From Octopus vulgaris (Eukaryota): DNA of 64,000 nucleotides. Shown here one piece after another: positions 43,717 through 58,730 of this stretch. The translations under genes and the position numbers were made by a program. The notes below the pieces were generated by a model that was not told the origin of the DNA, did not search any database, and was given only the letters and a program-made list of their open reading frames with translations. Location of the stretch: contig OX597825.1 in assembly GCA_951406725.2 (NCBI GenBank), positions 19,840,001 through 19,904,000 of the forward strand. Reading direction: 5' to 3'. Positions within the stretch are counted from its first letter, which is position 1. Each line of letters opens with the position of its first letter.

Positions 43717-44102
43717 GTATAGGAAAGAATGGAGCTGAACGAAGATTTAACAAAATTCCTTTATTTTATTTTCGACATATGTTTCGAAGTCTGCAAAGTC
43801 CCTAATTCCGAGTGACTAAGGAGTCCATTATGCAGCTTTCTCTTCAGGAAAATCCAGGAACTTAATTCTCCAACAAAATGCACAACAAGCTTTTCGACGA
43901 CTGCTCACGGTCTCCTCGTGAGCAGTCGTCGAAAAGCTTGTTGTTCTTTCCTATACTTAATATATAAAACTTCAAATTTCCGCACTAAGGCACGGATTTA
44001 TGCCCTATGGTCGTAACTTCAACCGTGCCCTTTCTGTTGTGAGTTTGCTACCCAGGTATCGGTTAATGTTCGAATTATCCGTAATAAGATAATTCATTTG
44101 CC
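43711..44102 (-). mobile_element. (TA)n-embedded Penelope-like terminal element with nested inverted repeats
   Basis: Outer IR 43711-43729 / 43944-43962; perfect 28-bp hairpin 43882-43909 / 43917-43944; contains a hammerhead. Confidence 0.7.
43768..43853 (-). ncRNA. Minimal type I hammerhead ribozyme
   Basis: AUUUUC-CUGAAGA-GAAAGCUGCA...UGCAGACUUC-GAAA-C-AUAU-G-UC-GAAAAU: 6-bp stem I, full core, stem II, palindromic mini stem III, GUC cleavage triplet. Confidence 0.8.
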
Positions 44103-44152
44103 TATATATATATATATATATACACACATACATATATGTATGTATATATATA

Positions 44153-44368
44153 TTCTTTTATTCTATTACTAGTTTCAGTCATTTGACTGTGGCCAATCTG
44201 GAGCACCGCCTTTAGTCGCCCAAATCAACCCCTATATTATTCTTTGTGAGCCTAGTACTTATTCTATCGGACCCTTTGGCAGAACCGCTAATAACGGGGA
44301 CGTAAACACACCACCATCGGTTCTTAAGCGATTTGGGGAGGGGAAACACAGACAGACAAACACATACA

Positions 44369-44432
<64 letters not shown>

Positions 44433-44955
44433 ATGGAAGCACTCCGTCGGTTCCGACGACGAGGGTTCCGGTTGATCCGAATCAACGGAACAGCCAGCTC
44501 GTGAAATTAACGTGTAAGTGACCGAGCACTCCACAGACACGTGTACCCTTAACGTAGTTCTCGGGGATATTCAGCGTGACACAGAGAGTGACAAGGCCGG
44601 CCCTTTGAAATACAGGTACAACAGAAACAGGAAGTAAGAGTGAGAGAAAGTTGTGGTGAAAGAGTACAGCAGGGATCACCACCATCCCTGCGGAGCCTCG
44701 TGGAGCTTTAGGTGTTTTCGCTCAATAAACTCTCACAACGCCCGGTCTGGGAATCGAAACCGCGATCCTACGACCGCAAGTCCGCAGCCCTAACCACTGG
44801 GTCATTGTGCATATAAGACCAGCTTCTTTCAGTTTCCATCTACCAAATCCACTCACAAGGCTATAGTAGAAGACACTTGCCCAAGGTCCCATACAGCAGG
44901 ACTGAACCCGGAGCCATGTGGTTGGTAAGGAAGCTATTTACCACAAAGCCAATCC
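44153..44955 (-). mobile_element. SINE group A interrupted by a group C SINE
   Basis: 3' half 44153-44432; 5' half 44812-44955. Confidence 0.85.
44434..44810 (-). mobile_element. SINE group C (tail type 2) nested in SINE A
   Basis: Near-identical to 60856-61220; sits in the host SINE's internal (TA)n. Confidence 0.9.
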
Positions 44956-44959
44956 TATA

Positions 44960-45046
<87 letters not shown>

Positions 45047-45736
45047 ATATATGTATAAATATATGTAAATGCGTGTGAGCGTGGGTGGGGGTGTATGGAC
45101 AACCAAATATGCATAAATATATGTCATCTACGTGTCTAATATGGCAAGACAAACATCCATTCAAATATGTGCATCTCTGCATGAGCGTGTATGTGTGTGT
45201 GTGTACATGTCATGTCTGTGTGCGCATGTGTGCGTTCGAGCACATATTTACATATTCGTACCTTCACATAGCAAAGATTTCACAATCTACAGTGTTTCAT
45301 AGCTTTAAAACCATAGCGGAATCAAGGGATTTCAGAGATCTAACCTTTGCAATGAAAACACCATTTGATATCGCTAATATTGATTCTGAATCTTCCAGTA
45401 AACTCGCTTAAAGTGATGCAAACCGCTGTGAAATAATGGCTGCTAATGTCAAAATTTCCATATGTTACAACATTGAATACAAACCACCAAATCCCGAAAC
45501 TGCATCATGTTAACACTATGAACATTATTAGTAGTGATATCGTTACCCACTTCAGTATATACACGTGACAGTGTAGTTGGACATTATATTGCATTATTCA
45601 GATGGCAACAGTAAATATGTCACGGACGGAAAAATTGAAAAACTGCTTAAAAGAAAAAGCCACGAATACGAAGAAGTGTGCGCTAATGTGCACGCACATA
45701 TACACACACAAACAGCAAGCATTCGCTCACCTCACC

Positions 45737-45774
<38 letters not shown>

Positions 45775-46760
45775 AGAGACAGAGGGAGAGAGACAGACAG
45801 ACAGAGACAGAGGGAGACAGTGAGAGAGAAAGAGAGAGGCATGCATATATAATTTTATATACATACATAATATATATCAGGTACTAGGTATATAAACATA
45901 TATATATATATATATACATATATGTATATACACACTTACATATATATATATATTTATAGATATATGTATATACATATATACATGTGTATATATGTATGTA
46001 TATAAATACATATATATATACATATATATATATATACATAGATACATACATACATGCATACATACATACATACAAATATATACATATGCTCACACACACA
46101 TTTTATATAAATACATGCCCAAGCATGTATTTATCGTCTCATAAGTGAGTTACGTAACGAAGTGAAAGTCATAACAACTATACGTAAATATACACACAGG
46201 TATATAAGTGTGTATATGCGTACGTGCATGCGCGTTTGTCTGCGTGTATGTACTCACATAGATATACATATATATATGGACATATTCATCTATTCATACT
46301 TGTGTGTATAAAAACATAAACCAACTACATGCATATAGATACTATTATACTTAATATATCTATGTATAAGTAAATATGAATGAATATTGAGATATATATA
46401 TATATATATATATGTTTGTATGTGTGTATTTGTGCGCATGTGTGTCTATGCGTGCTACGTGTGTATATCTGCCTCTGTACCTCTGTATTCATACACTTAA
46501 TGTACTATGTTTAGTGAGCATCAATATTTCCAATACACATTTCCCGTTGCTACCACTAATGCTTTAATGTAATACTTTATGCGAAGATTCTCTCCTACAG
46601 CTTATATTATACTGAACTCAACTTCTCTTTTTCCATAGTGAAGATATCTTACAATTTTACCTATTCTCTTTGTTTCTTTGGGAGTTCTTCTTCGATGCTT
46701 TATTGATGTTGGAAATGCTTACTGTTCAGAGTGCGAATACTAGTTACATTATAACATATA

Positions 46761-46839
<79 letters not shown>

Positions 46840-46958
46840 CATAACATACATGCATATATATATATATATATATATACATATATATATACATACATACATA
46901 CAAACATGCATGCATATATATATATATACATATATATATACATACATACAAACATACA

Positions 46959-47018
<60 letters not shown>

Positions 47019-47019
<1 letters not shown>

Positions 47020-47198
47020 TTAATCCAAACAAGAAAACACAAAAAACACAACAACGCGAGGCCGTTGAACAAATAAAGTATTATTGGACGCTCAGGAAAG
47101 AAGAGAAGAAGGAGGGTTTAACGTTTCGAACGGAGCTCTTCGTCGGAAACATAGGAGAAGGAAAGATCCCAAGAAGGGAAGACAGAGGAAAAAAAAAA
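47019..47198 (-). mobile_element. Short Penelope-like element with degenerate hammerhead (47116-47150)
   Basis: Minus strand GTTTCCGACGAAGAGCTCCGTTCGAAACGTTAAAC; flanked by (GA)n and (TA)n. Confidence 0.55.
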
Positions 47199-47318
47199 TA
47201 TATATATATATATATAATATGTAAATGATTTTTTGAAGGAATAGTCACTATGCACATGAAGTCGGTTAGTAAATGTATGCACGGCTGATGATTATGCGTA
47301 CTTCCTTATTTATACGTA

Positions 47319-47363
<45 letters not shown>

Positions 47364-47619
47364 TACATTGTATACTAATCAGTGACGGTTTCTTTTTAAC
47401 CTATTCTGCTCCTGCGGATTTGGATAAACATCTCTTTACATCAATGTAAGTTGCAATTAAGTTCTTATGTATCTTAAATATGAATATAATGATAATTGTT
47501 GCTATCGAAACAGGCGGTGGGCATTATTACATTATGAACCAGTGGTGAAAGTTGTGCTTTTCTGTTTTTATACCAGATATGAACTGCAGCATAACTTAAG
47601 GTAATTATGTAGGTACATG

Positions 47620-47881
47620 TGGTGGCGCATGGCTTAGTGGTTAGGGTGTCAGCATCATGATCGTGTGTTGTTTCGATTCCTGGACCGGACGACGCGTTTC
47701 GTTCTTGAGCGAACACTTCATTTCACGTTGCTCCAGTCTACTCAGCTTGCATAAATGAGTAACGCTGTGATGGACTGGCGTCCCGTCCAGCTGGGGAGGG
47801 GGAACACATACGCCATAGAAACCGGGAAATCGGGCCCATGAGCCTGGCTAGGCTTTAAAAGGGCGCATTTATTTTTATTAT
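47620..47881 (+). mobile_element. tRNA-derived SINE with a different body and group C tail type 1
   Basis: A box TGGCTTAGTGG, B box GTTTCGATTCC, GATGGACTGGCGTCCCGTCCAG; 15-bp TSD TTATGTAGGTACATG (47605-47619, 47882-47896). Confidence 0.88.
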
Positions 47882-49111
47882 TTATGTAGGTACATGCAAA
47901 TGTTTTTTGCTTAGATTAGCTCTTGGACTTAAGTGACCTGTTATGATACTGCAATAGTTAATTTCGGATATGCTTATGTCTTTGCTATTCGTGGTTCAGT
48001 AACAGAAGAAGGCCCTTATAAAGCACTTATAATACGTTACCATTATATTAGGTTTCTTCTAGCCAGCTGGTGCCTTGCCAGAACCGACTTATCATCCGAG
48101 TGTAGCAGTTTTAGAGAAACGTACATTTTCACTAGCAGCGTACAGCGTACAGTTAATTGTAAGATTTATAAGTGGCAAGGCTATTAATCGCAGCCATTTA
48201 TTAGCCCAGTTTTGAGCCACCTGTGATGTCTATTAACTCACTCCCCTGTTTCTTTGTAAATACCGTTTTCATGGGCGATTACTTTCCGTGTGTAGAATAT
48301 TTTCGCTATAATTAAACGATGGATCCGTATGGCGCAAAGACACCTCTGCATGCGTTTTCCGGTGGAATATTTCACTAATGGACATCTCATCTTCATATGA
48401 GATTTTGAATCCGAAATACCTAACTCAACGGTATAGCGACATATGTCATTCTACTTTTCTATTCATTTCTTTCTTTCCAGCCTACTTTGTACGAGCTTTC
48501 CGCGAAGATCCAAATCTATTTCAGTGATTCAAATAGAATAATATAATTTAATTTTGCCTGAAGACACTGTGTGCCTACAGGTGCATCTCAGAGTAGCAAG
48601 AACCTGACTAGACTAACGTTTGTATACGTGTAAGCGTGTATATGTGTGCGTGTGGGTGGGGGTGTAAGTATGCGCATATGTAAGTAAATCTGCCTGTACT
48701 AGAATATTACCCGTCATATATCGCATAAATTTTTACATATTTTTATACATATGATGGCATGAAATATGTCACGCATATAATAATTACAAGGTAAATTTAA
48801 TCAAATTTGATACTAATTTTTGAAAATAATGGACTAAATACTCATTTTAAAACAATACATGTGTGTGTTAAAAACCTCATTAAGGGATAATAAAATCCAA
48901 TGAGTTTACTGGTTTATTATTTATTATTTAATTTGAATATTCGATCTAATATTAAAAAAATAAGGTAATTAGATGAACCGAGGTTTATATTCAAATAAGA
49001 AAATTAAGAAAATAGGGATAAATCAAATAATAATTATTGTGATTAAGAAAGAGTATCGTCAATTCCCTTGTCTGTTTCTCGTGTTTGCAATATATCTATA
49101 TATATATACAT

Positions 49112-49380
49112 ATATGTGCCTTTTTACTGGTTGACGGAAGCTGGAAGAAGGATGTCTTTTGGGTATGTCTTGTTTATTCCACACCAAAGCTTGACAAACC
49201 CCTTTTGGCTTGTTTACGTCTTCGTAAGATAGTGGTTCGGCAAAAGACAGTGATATTAGTAAGCGGCTTAGAAAAAAAAATGGCAAAAGAGTTCTGAGGT
49301 CACTTCTTTCGAATAAACCCTTCAATGCATTGTTCCCACATGGTCGCAAAACAATGTTACAAACAAAATAAAAGATAAAA
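49112..49380 (+). mobile_element. SINE group A, old 3' half
   Basis: TGACGGAAGCTGGAAGAAG...GCTTGACAAACC...TGTTTACGTC...GGTTCGGCAAAAG. Confidence 0.6.
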
Positions 49381-49872
49381 GTTACATGTTACATTTACAT
49401 ATGTTTCAATAAGCAAGTGCTTCATTTGCATAAATTGTCACATGTCGGGTCCATCATTTGCCCCATTACCCCCTCCTCCTTCTCTGCTTCAAACAGTATT
49501 CTCCCTCGCTATGTGTGTGTGTGTGTGTGTGTTTCATTCGTGCGTAATGTTTCTTTACTTATTGTCAGTCACTATGCGTCTTCGTTACAATCACTGAACA
49601 CGCCTTGTGCAAATTCTCTATGTCCCTCCTTTACTCTCTCTCTCTCTCTCTCTCCCTATGTCATACGATGTAAAACATGTCAGGACAAGGGGACCAGCCA
49701 ATCGACCAACCAACCAACCAACCATCATTTATATCGGCATTTATTGTTTCTATAAATAAATACGTATAGAGTTACAAACAACAACAAAAAAAATGTATAG
49801 CTACACATAAGCATACACACACATACACACAAACACACGCACACAGAAACACACAAACACAAACACACGCAC

Positions 49873-49957
<85 letters not shown>

Positions 49958-50055
49958 TTCAGCCTGACGGACGGAGAGACAGAGATAGATAGACAGACAG
50001 ATAGGCAGACAGACATAGACAGACAGATAGATAGATACATACATACATACATACA

Positions 50056-50981
50056 TGATGGCAGTCTACTCGTGACTGGGGAAGACCATTTCCGACCTTC
50101 AGGAACATTGTGCGCTCTGCGACTAACTTATAACTTGCATTTGCGGCTCCGTTGGTGGCTAATGACAAGCATACACGACTGCAAACATTGCAGACCAAGC
50201 TTTCCCCTTTCACTATACGAGCTGTGCGCTTTCGCGCAGCTCGCTTAAGTTCTTCATGCTGGATACGTGCTCTCTCAAAAGTGTCAATCCCCTCCTTAAC
50301 CTGCTTCCTCCATCTCTGGCGATTACAGGCATTGTTCTCCCAGTCAGTGTCCTGCATATCACAAGCCTTTAATGAGGACTTGACACAGTCCTTAAATCGC
50401 AGCCTTGGTTTCTGTCGGAGTTTCCTTCCATTCACAAGTTCACCATAAAGCATCTGCTTAGGAATCCTTCTATCCTTCATTCTAATAAGGTATCCAGTCC
50501 AACGTGATCGGTGCTTGTGTACCATCGCCTCAATACTCAAGATATCAGTTGTCCTCAGGATCTGTGTGACTGGAATTTTTGAGGTCCAGCCAACATTGAG
50601 AATGTATCTGAGACATCTCTGATGAAAACGTTCAAGGACCCTTACCTAACGTTTGTACAGAGTCCATGTCTCACATGAGTAGAGAAGCGACGTCAGTACA
50701 CAAGCACGGTACACAGCAACTTTTGTTCTCCTTGCGATGCCATGTTGGGACCAGACACGAGACTGAAGAGACCGGAAGGAATTAGTTGCTCTCCGCAATT
50801 TGAAAGATATTTCCTCATCTAGGGAGCAAGAACGGCTGAGTGTGCTGCCCAGGTAGACAAACTTGTCTACTACCTTCAGAATTGTTCCTTCAACCAAGAT
50901 AGCTGGTTCTATATATAAGGATTCCCTGGTGGAGGCTGGAACATTACAACAGTTTTGTCCAGGCTAATGCTGAGTCCAAAA
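50056..50981 (-). mobile_element. 5'-truncated RTE-clade LINE (RT thumb to C-terminus)
   Basis: GLSISLDKT...FVYLGS...TKVAVYRACVLTSLLYSCETW...FHQRCLRYIL...RW.G...RIPKQMLYGEL...RFKD...CNVC; one in-frame TAG (50646-50648); (ATAC)n on both sides. Confidence 0.93.
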
Positions 50982-51354
50982 TACATACATACATACTTAC
51001 ATAGACAGATATATAGGTAGATGGATAGATAGACATACATACATATAAGTAAGCATATCATTTTAGATCAATTTCTTTTGTCTGTTTTATGTAGATAGGA
51101 ACTGGTACAGTCAGCAAAGTTTTAGAAGAATAATATCCTTTGCGGCGTAGAATATTTCGGCCAGGATGTCAGATTTGATTTTTCAAACATATGATATGAT
51201 ATAGAATCATAAAGATAACGTTTTAAATAAAGATACTTGAGTCGCTTTGATAAAACTTCATTTCTGCAATCTTTCCTATCATCGTCCTTTTTTATTTCTC
51301 AGGCATATAAGCGACAAACACACATGCGTGTATATAAAATTTTGTACAAGCACA

Positions 51355-51433
<79 letters not shown>

Positions 51434-51490
51434 GTGTCTGCATGTATGTCAGAGAATGTTAACAAATATACAAACACATTGCGCACATAA

Positions 51491-51548
<58 letters not shown>

Positions 51549-51573
51549 ATATATAAATTTTATCCTACATTAG

Positions 51574-51615
<42 letters not shown>

Positions 51616-51659
51616 TCATAGATAGATGCATACATACATACATAGATGGATAAATAGAG

Positions 51660-51725
<66 letters not shown>

Positions 51726-51811
51726 GTAGGTAGATGGATAGATAGATAGACAGATACATATATATAGACAGACAGACAGATACATGTAGACAGACAGACA
51801 GACAGACAGAC

Positions 51812-51899
<88 letters not shown>

Positions 51900-51900
51900 G
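51660..51900. repeat. (GATA)n/(GACA)n microsatellite
   Basis: Direct reading. Confidence 0.95.
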
Positions 51901-52994
51901 GACAGAGACACAAATATATCTGCAGACATACACACAGAATCCTTTGTGCGTAGTGAGAATTTAGACGTTTTTATCGCTCCTAAATTCCTTCTTATTAGCA
52001 TTCTAGTTCCTGACAGACTGCTATCTGCCGGTTCCATTTACCTTACGCCATCAGATTCTTCGATATTCTCCATTATTCCTTTGTTCCGTGTGGCTATGTC
52101 GCCTTTGAAATTTGTCATTAACGTGGACACATACTGTGTTCAGTTCTATTAATATACCGATGGATGTTCTTTGAAATATTCTCCTAAATATTCCTGTTTG
52201 GAAAACAATTAAGTTTCCTCATATGCAGAAGAATGTCTTTTATTTAGGTGTTTGGTATAGATCACTGTAGCATTTTCAAAACGTTGTCAATGATTTCAAA
52301 GTAAATTGAAACATAATATCGATAACAGCGACAGTGGTATAATCGCCAATACAAACCACAGCACCACTCATAATAGAAACTATTATTAATCATGAAGAAA
52401 AATAAAAGTATCACAGGAATGTATCCTATAGCAGTATCTTTGACAGGATATCTCACACAAATACTTTCGTTGTATTTAGTACACGAAATTACCTGTAACG
52501 GGATGTATGATACACAGGAGAAATACGTAATGTATAGGTAGACGACTGATAATGCATGTAAAATGCTATCCCGCAGCCACCTATCGGTGAATGATTAAAA
52601 GCGTTTCTTTCCCTAAGTGAAAATATGTATGCATATACCAACAACATTGTGTGGTTTATTGCATTCTAATGGCTGTGACTAAACCAACGATATATTTGTA
52701 TAGCTACGTTTAGGTGTATGTAACAAATTGTCAACATATATATATGTGTATGTGTGTGTGTGCGTTTGCATTTGTGTGCATATGTGCGTGTGTGTGCATA
52801 ACAATGCATATATATATGCATATACATACTTACATAAACACAAATATATATATACTTATATATACATATATAAACATATATATATGTGCATATACATACA
52901 TATATACATATATATATATATAATACACACACACACCTATTTATATATACATATATTTACATATTATGTACGTGTTCTGATGTGTCCATGTCTC

Positions 52995-53047
<53 letters not shown>

Positions 53048-53157
53048 TTACATGTATATATGAACACACACATATGTATATACATATATATAGAGACACT
53101 CGCACACACACACATACACACGGACACACACATACACACGGACATACACATACACAC

Positions 53158-53202
<45 letters not shown>

Positions 53203-53539
53203 GTTGAATATATATTTGCGGGCTTGATTTTTGTGGTTGGGAAGTAGCTCATTGTTAGACACTGTAATCACCATTACAAAAGAACTCAATGAATTTCTGT
53301 TTCAGAATATAAAAGATACCTAATGGGCTGTGTATCAGCCACCCATACACATGTATTGCTGCAAAAACCTGTGACTTTATGCCGTAGCATTCTAATACAT
53401 CTTTACGTATAAATGCATATCAATGCGTCTGTGAGAGAGCGGAGAGGGAGAGAGAAAGGTAGAGTACTCTTTGAATAGGGAAACACATACCTTTGTGATT
53501 AAATGCATAAAAACACCCACACACACACACATATATATA

Positions 53540-53700
53540 GTTCGAAATGATGCAAAATAAGACAAAACAAAAGACGGAGACGGATGCTGGAACAACAAAC
53601 AAGGTTTATTTGACGTTCATGAAAATTGGAAAACGTCTTCGATGTTTCGAGCCTACGCTCTTCCTCATAAAGGAATAAGGAGAGAAAACGGATGGAAGAG

Positions 53701-53701
<1 letters not shown>
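53540..53701 (-). mobile_element. Short Penelope-like element with degenerate hammerhead (53637-53672), in (TA)n
   Basis: Minus strand CTTT-ATGAGGA-A-GAGC-GTAG-GCTC-GAAA-CA-TC-GAAG; stems I and II intact, core C3 and stem III mutated. Confidence 0.6.
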
Positions 53702-53784
<83 letters not shown>

Positions 53785-54206
53785 TGAAAGATTGACCAAC
53801 ATTTTTCCTACAATAAGTGTACATTTTCCAGCTTATGCAGTAAAATTTTCTTTAATACCGTTTTAAAAAAATTCGTCTTAATTCCACATGACCCTCCAGT
53901 ATAAAATTTCTCTCCAACCCTATGGTCTGTGTGTTTTTACTGATGCAAAGGAGGAGCTAATTTGTCAGGTTTCCAAAGCTGAATATATGAGGAGAGAAAA
54001 GGGTGTGTCTGCGTTATTGGTTGCACATACGCTCACGTGGTATTTCCAGAATAATCCTGTCTCACTGATCGTCCCCCGCTGTCTCGGAATCTTATCTCCC
54101 TTCTACCTCTGAGAGTTTTGCACAATACCATCTCTTGCCTGAATTACCATTGGAACTCTATACTTAGGGGGTTATGCCAACATGGGTCTTATTGTACACA
54201 TTCGTT

Positions 54207-54264
<58 letters not shown>

Positions 54265-54320
54265 GGTATGTACATGTGTATAAATATATAAATATATATA
54301 TATATGTAGGTATGTATATT

Positions 54321-54374
<54 letters not shown>

Positions 54375-54451
54375 TATTTTTTTATTTTATCTAGTTTCAG
54401 TTCACGAGCTGTGGCCATACTGGGGTACAGCCATTCTATATTATTGCTCGG

Positions 54452-54566
54452 GCTTTTGTCGGCCCGAAGCTATAGTAGAAGACACTTGCCTAAGGTGCTA
54501 CGCAGTGGGACTGAACCCGGAGCCATGTGGTTGGTAAGCAAGTTACTTACCACACAGCCACTCCTA
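54452..54566 (-). mobile_element. SINE group A 5' half, preceded by a CR1-like 3' tail remnant (54385-54435)
   Basis: GCTATAGTAGAAGACACTTGCC...GGGACTGAACCCGG...TTACCACACAGCCACTCCT. Confidence 0.8.
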
Positions 54567-55507
54567 CTGTATATATATATAAAGAAATATTTAAGATTCA
54601 GTTGAATTAGGTACTTAAGTTGAGGCACCAGTCCAGTATCGTCCGCACGGCTCGAAGTTATATGAATAAAAAGCAAATAGGTTACAAGGTATCACTGCAT
54701 TACGGCCGTTTCAGGCGGATTCATTTAATCGATAAATTTACGTATACATCTGCAGGGAATGCTGTGTGGTGAAGAAGTTCACATTACAGCCTTTTGGTTT
54801 CGGGTTCGGTCCCATCGACCGATTTCTTGGGGTAAATGATAGCTTATAAACCAAGGGTAGCCGATGCCCTGTGAGTAAATTGGAAAGCTCACATTTGTTC
54901 CCAGGCTCTTTTGAACGCTTCCATGCTCTCAGAAAGTTTCGATAATGTGAAGTTATGAGATTTTCTGGCAAAAAAGTTACCAATAAACACACACTTTACA
55001 GAAAATATTCTGTAAGACAAAAATTAAATGTATGCAAGATTTTCTAGATATCAACATTCAATAACGATTACGTGCATCAAAATTCACTAATGGATATTTG
55101 TTGCTCTATATTTATATTTTGCGTGGGGTTTTCTTTTTTTGGGGGGTGGGGGCTTGTTTTTGTCTTTTTGTTAGAAAGGACCAATAGCTTTACAAGAAGG
55201 ATCCAAATATATAATGCCGAATTTCATATATATAAAATACTACAGTGCTCATGTTATTTAAACGCCCAGAAAGGTGCTTTATCTCAGTGGTAAAGAGCGG
55301 CTGTTTTACACTGGGTGGATAGCAGACTGAAAATGAACCTAAAACAACAACCAAAATTACTTTTTATATATTTTTATATTTTCATTACAACAGGATTCAA
55401 ACCTACGTTTTGCAACATAATTCAAGATTATATAAATGTACGTCATATTAATTCCCTTCCTATAATAAGTATAAATTGATGTTCACACAGATTTATCATA
55501 CACACAG

Positions 55508-55538
<31 letters not shown>

Positions 55539-55862
55539 ATATATATATATATATATTATGCAAATTATATTTTATATATATCATATGGTACATCGAACGC
55601 TATGGCAGTTTATGCATGTATGTGTTTACATGTACGCATGTATATGTAATATATATATGCATATATATATAAATATATATATATATATTTATGTATATAC
55701 ATATATATATTTATATACATATGCATATACGTATACATATAAATATATATATATATATATATTGTTAGATAAATAAATAGAGCGGTAGATAGATAGATAT
55801 ATAGATTGATAGATGGATATATAGACAGATAGATACAGATAGACAGATAGATAGATAGATAT

Positions 55863-55912
<50 letters not shown>

Positions 55913-56245
55913 TGATAGATACCTGCATCTGTACTTATATAGAGACACTAATATGCAATTATATAGAATATATTTCATTTGCGATTTTCCATTATACATC
56001 GAATAGTTTTTAACGTGACGTACTATATTTTCTGTTATACGTATGAAAAAATAAACATTTAGTCCCATTAAATACAGTGAGTTTGCATGTATGTGTATAG
56101 ATATGTACAACAGACACATGCGTGTATTTAATCTCAGGTTTTATTCCATTCAATACAGATTATATGATGGTATGTACAATTATATAAGCGCAGATACATT
56201 ATGTGTATTATTAATATTGGGGTTATTATTACTCGTAACTAATAT

Positions 56246-57780
<1,535 letters not shown>

Positions 57781-58225
57781 TCTATGCAAACACACCTATA
57801 TACACACACAAAAACGTACGTGTATATTTCTGTATAAATTCGCAAATAATCATATAAATCTATATGTATAGGTTTATACAAGTTTATATATAAATCTATA
57901 TGCATATATGTACATGCATAAAGGCTATTTATTTAAATATATGTATATGTATATATATATATAATAGAAATATTGTGCATATGTATAATGCATATATATT
58001 CTGTATATGTACATAAACATTATCTGTGTGTGCGTGCATATATGTATATGTATCTAAATGTCGAATGTGGCGCATATAATCTTTACATTTTTCATGTATT
58101 CGAAAAATTAAATTACATCTTCGTATATTTTTTCCTCTAAAAATATTTTCCAATCTGCAACAATCGAAAATATGGATGAAGCTATCAAAATTTTAAATAA
58201 CAGCAATAACATCGGCAAGAACAGT

Positions 58226-58265
<40 letters not shown>

Positions 58266-58730
58266 GTAATAATAATAATAACAATTGTTACATTATTTAC
58301 CAAAAGAGCGAAGTGATTGGACATTATATGGATAGAATTTAAAAACGACTTCAGTGATTACTCAGAGTCGCTTATGAGAAAATCAGTAGAAGTGAAAATA
58401 GAAAAAATAACACCTCCCAAGGAGATAGTAACGGGTTTCAAACAGGGATCCCACTAAAAATGTAGGAATACTTTTATGAATAAAGACAACGTCATTTCTG
58501 CTTGTCTACAGTCCCCTTGTCTACAGTCACTCGCCAAGAGTAGGAATTCTGGAGCTTTTCTAGTCAATCCTTTCAGTATTATCCACAATCGTACAGTCTA
58601 AGTCTGTTATCCCTTTAGAATTTCAATCGGACATATCCGGCCCAACTATTTTGTCTGTTTCATCATTAAACCTGCCAGATCCAGTCTCTCACACCTACCC
58701 TTCAATGTCATTCTATAAAAAACAACTATA

